The notes beneath the pieces were generated by a model. The model saw only the letters and a program-made list of their open reading frames with translations, had not been told where the DNA came from and ran no database searches. A program made the translations under genes and the position numbers. A stretch of DNA of 60,263 bases, the filler included. It is 5 parts of 5 records of this genome, joined end to end, with 100 filler letters (N's around TTAATTAATTAA, not from the genome) between each part and the next. Parts side by side here need not be neighbours in the genome. Positions count along the whole stretch, not along the records: positions 52,168 to 60,263 come from SRR2962707_1084; 4 more parts are not named here. One strand, given 5' to 3'. Within the stretch, counting starts at the first letter, position 1, and each line of letters opens with the position of its first letter. Shown here piece after piece: positions 59,671 through 60,263 of this stretch.

Positions 59671-60263
59671 GTTAGGCTGGTGTCGTGCCTTGGTTCCTTC
59701 GCGGACTGCTAGGCTGAGTGAGTGCGCCAATTGGCCTACCCGTACCCGTAAGCAGTTGAGTTGACCCACCAGTGTCTAGTTGACTTGAGCAAGAGTCGTC
59801 GATTTGCTACGCAGTCAAACTCGTGCCGCTGTACAGTGGCGACGCGGTCGTTCACTGAGGGCTAGTACCCGAGGCAGCAGTGACAAAGCAGCGCAAAAGT
59901 GCCCAAGAGCTGCCCGTTGCAAGGGGCCGAAAGGGGGGCAAGAGAGCAAGTAAGCAAGCACAAGCGAGAGGGCGAGAGAGCGAGAGGGAGTGAGTGAGTG
60001 AGCAAGAAAAAACGCACAGCCGGAGCGAATGTTCTGAAACTCGTCGATGCGTGAGTCCAGAAAGTTCGCAATAAAGTCAACGAAGCGGACTGGAAAGTCG
60101 CAAGAACGAACGAAAGCCGAAAGAAAGAACGAAAGAAAGAAAGAACAAGAACAGGAACAACGATAACACGCAGCAACAATTCCCCACAAGAGGCACAAAG
60201 AACGCCAAAAACACAACAACAACAATATAACAAAGACAGACGGAGAGAGAGAGAGAGAGAGAG

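Overview
This window is not one locus. It is five unrelated contigs joined by artificial spacers (N-run + TTAATTAATTAA + N-run), as in a concatenated metagenome assembly. (1) 1-14128: GC-rich Rhodobacteraceae-like DNA with acnA 3' end, an SDR, ccmABCDG, secDF-yajC, serS and sulP. An accessory membrane pentapeptide-repeat gene and a REP/MITE-like hairpin cluster lie between yajC and serS. (2) 14229-31877: AT-rich Bacteroidota (Cytophagales-like) DNA with atpD/atpC, an ECF sigma module, a stand-alone CHASE2 protein, a TPR-CHAT protease, a desaturase, a VPS10/BNR protein, split pabB/pabC, rluA, prfC, and a small GIY-YIG nuclease gene nested between the two arms of a palindromic repeat. (3) 31978-46423: Rhizobiales-like DNA with a Dpp-type ABC transporter, a DHPS (2,3-dihydroxypropane-1-sulfonate) catabolic cluster hpsR/hpsKLM/hpsNOP with a tandem LacI operator, an extra small membrane ORF, a YeiH/PSE exporter, and the dnaE2 3' part. 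(4) 46524-52067: microbial eukaryote DNA with an EF-hand-like protein and a 1029-aa seryl-tRNA synthetase carrying large extra domains. (5) 52168-60263: microbial eukaryote DNA with an 8-exon multi-TM class-3 lipase and a 2-exon RRM/RGG protein with an eIF4B/H-like motif. I saw no CRISPR array, reverse transcriptase, transposase, rRNA or tRNA. The best candidates for something undescribed are the GIY-YIG-in-palindrome element, the domain-expanded eukaryotic SerRS, the alternating constant/variable pentapeptide tract with its neighbouring repeat element, and a small secreted-peptide ORF missed by the ORF track. All family assignments come from recognising motifs by eye; no database search was run.
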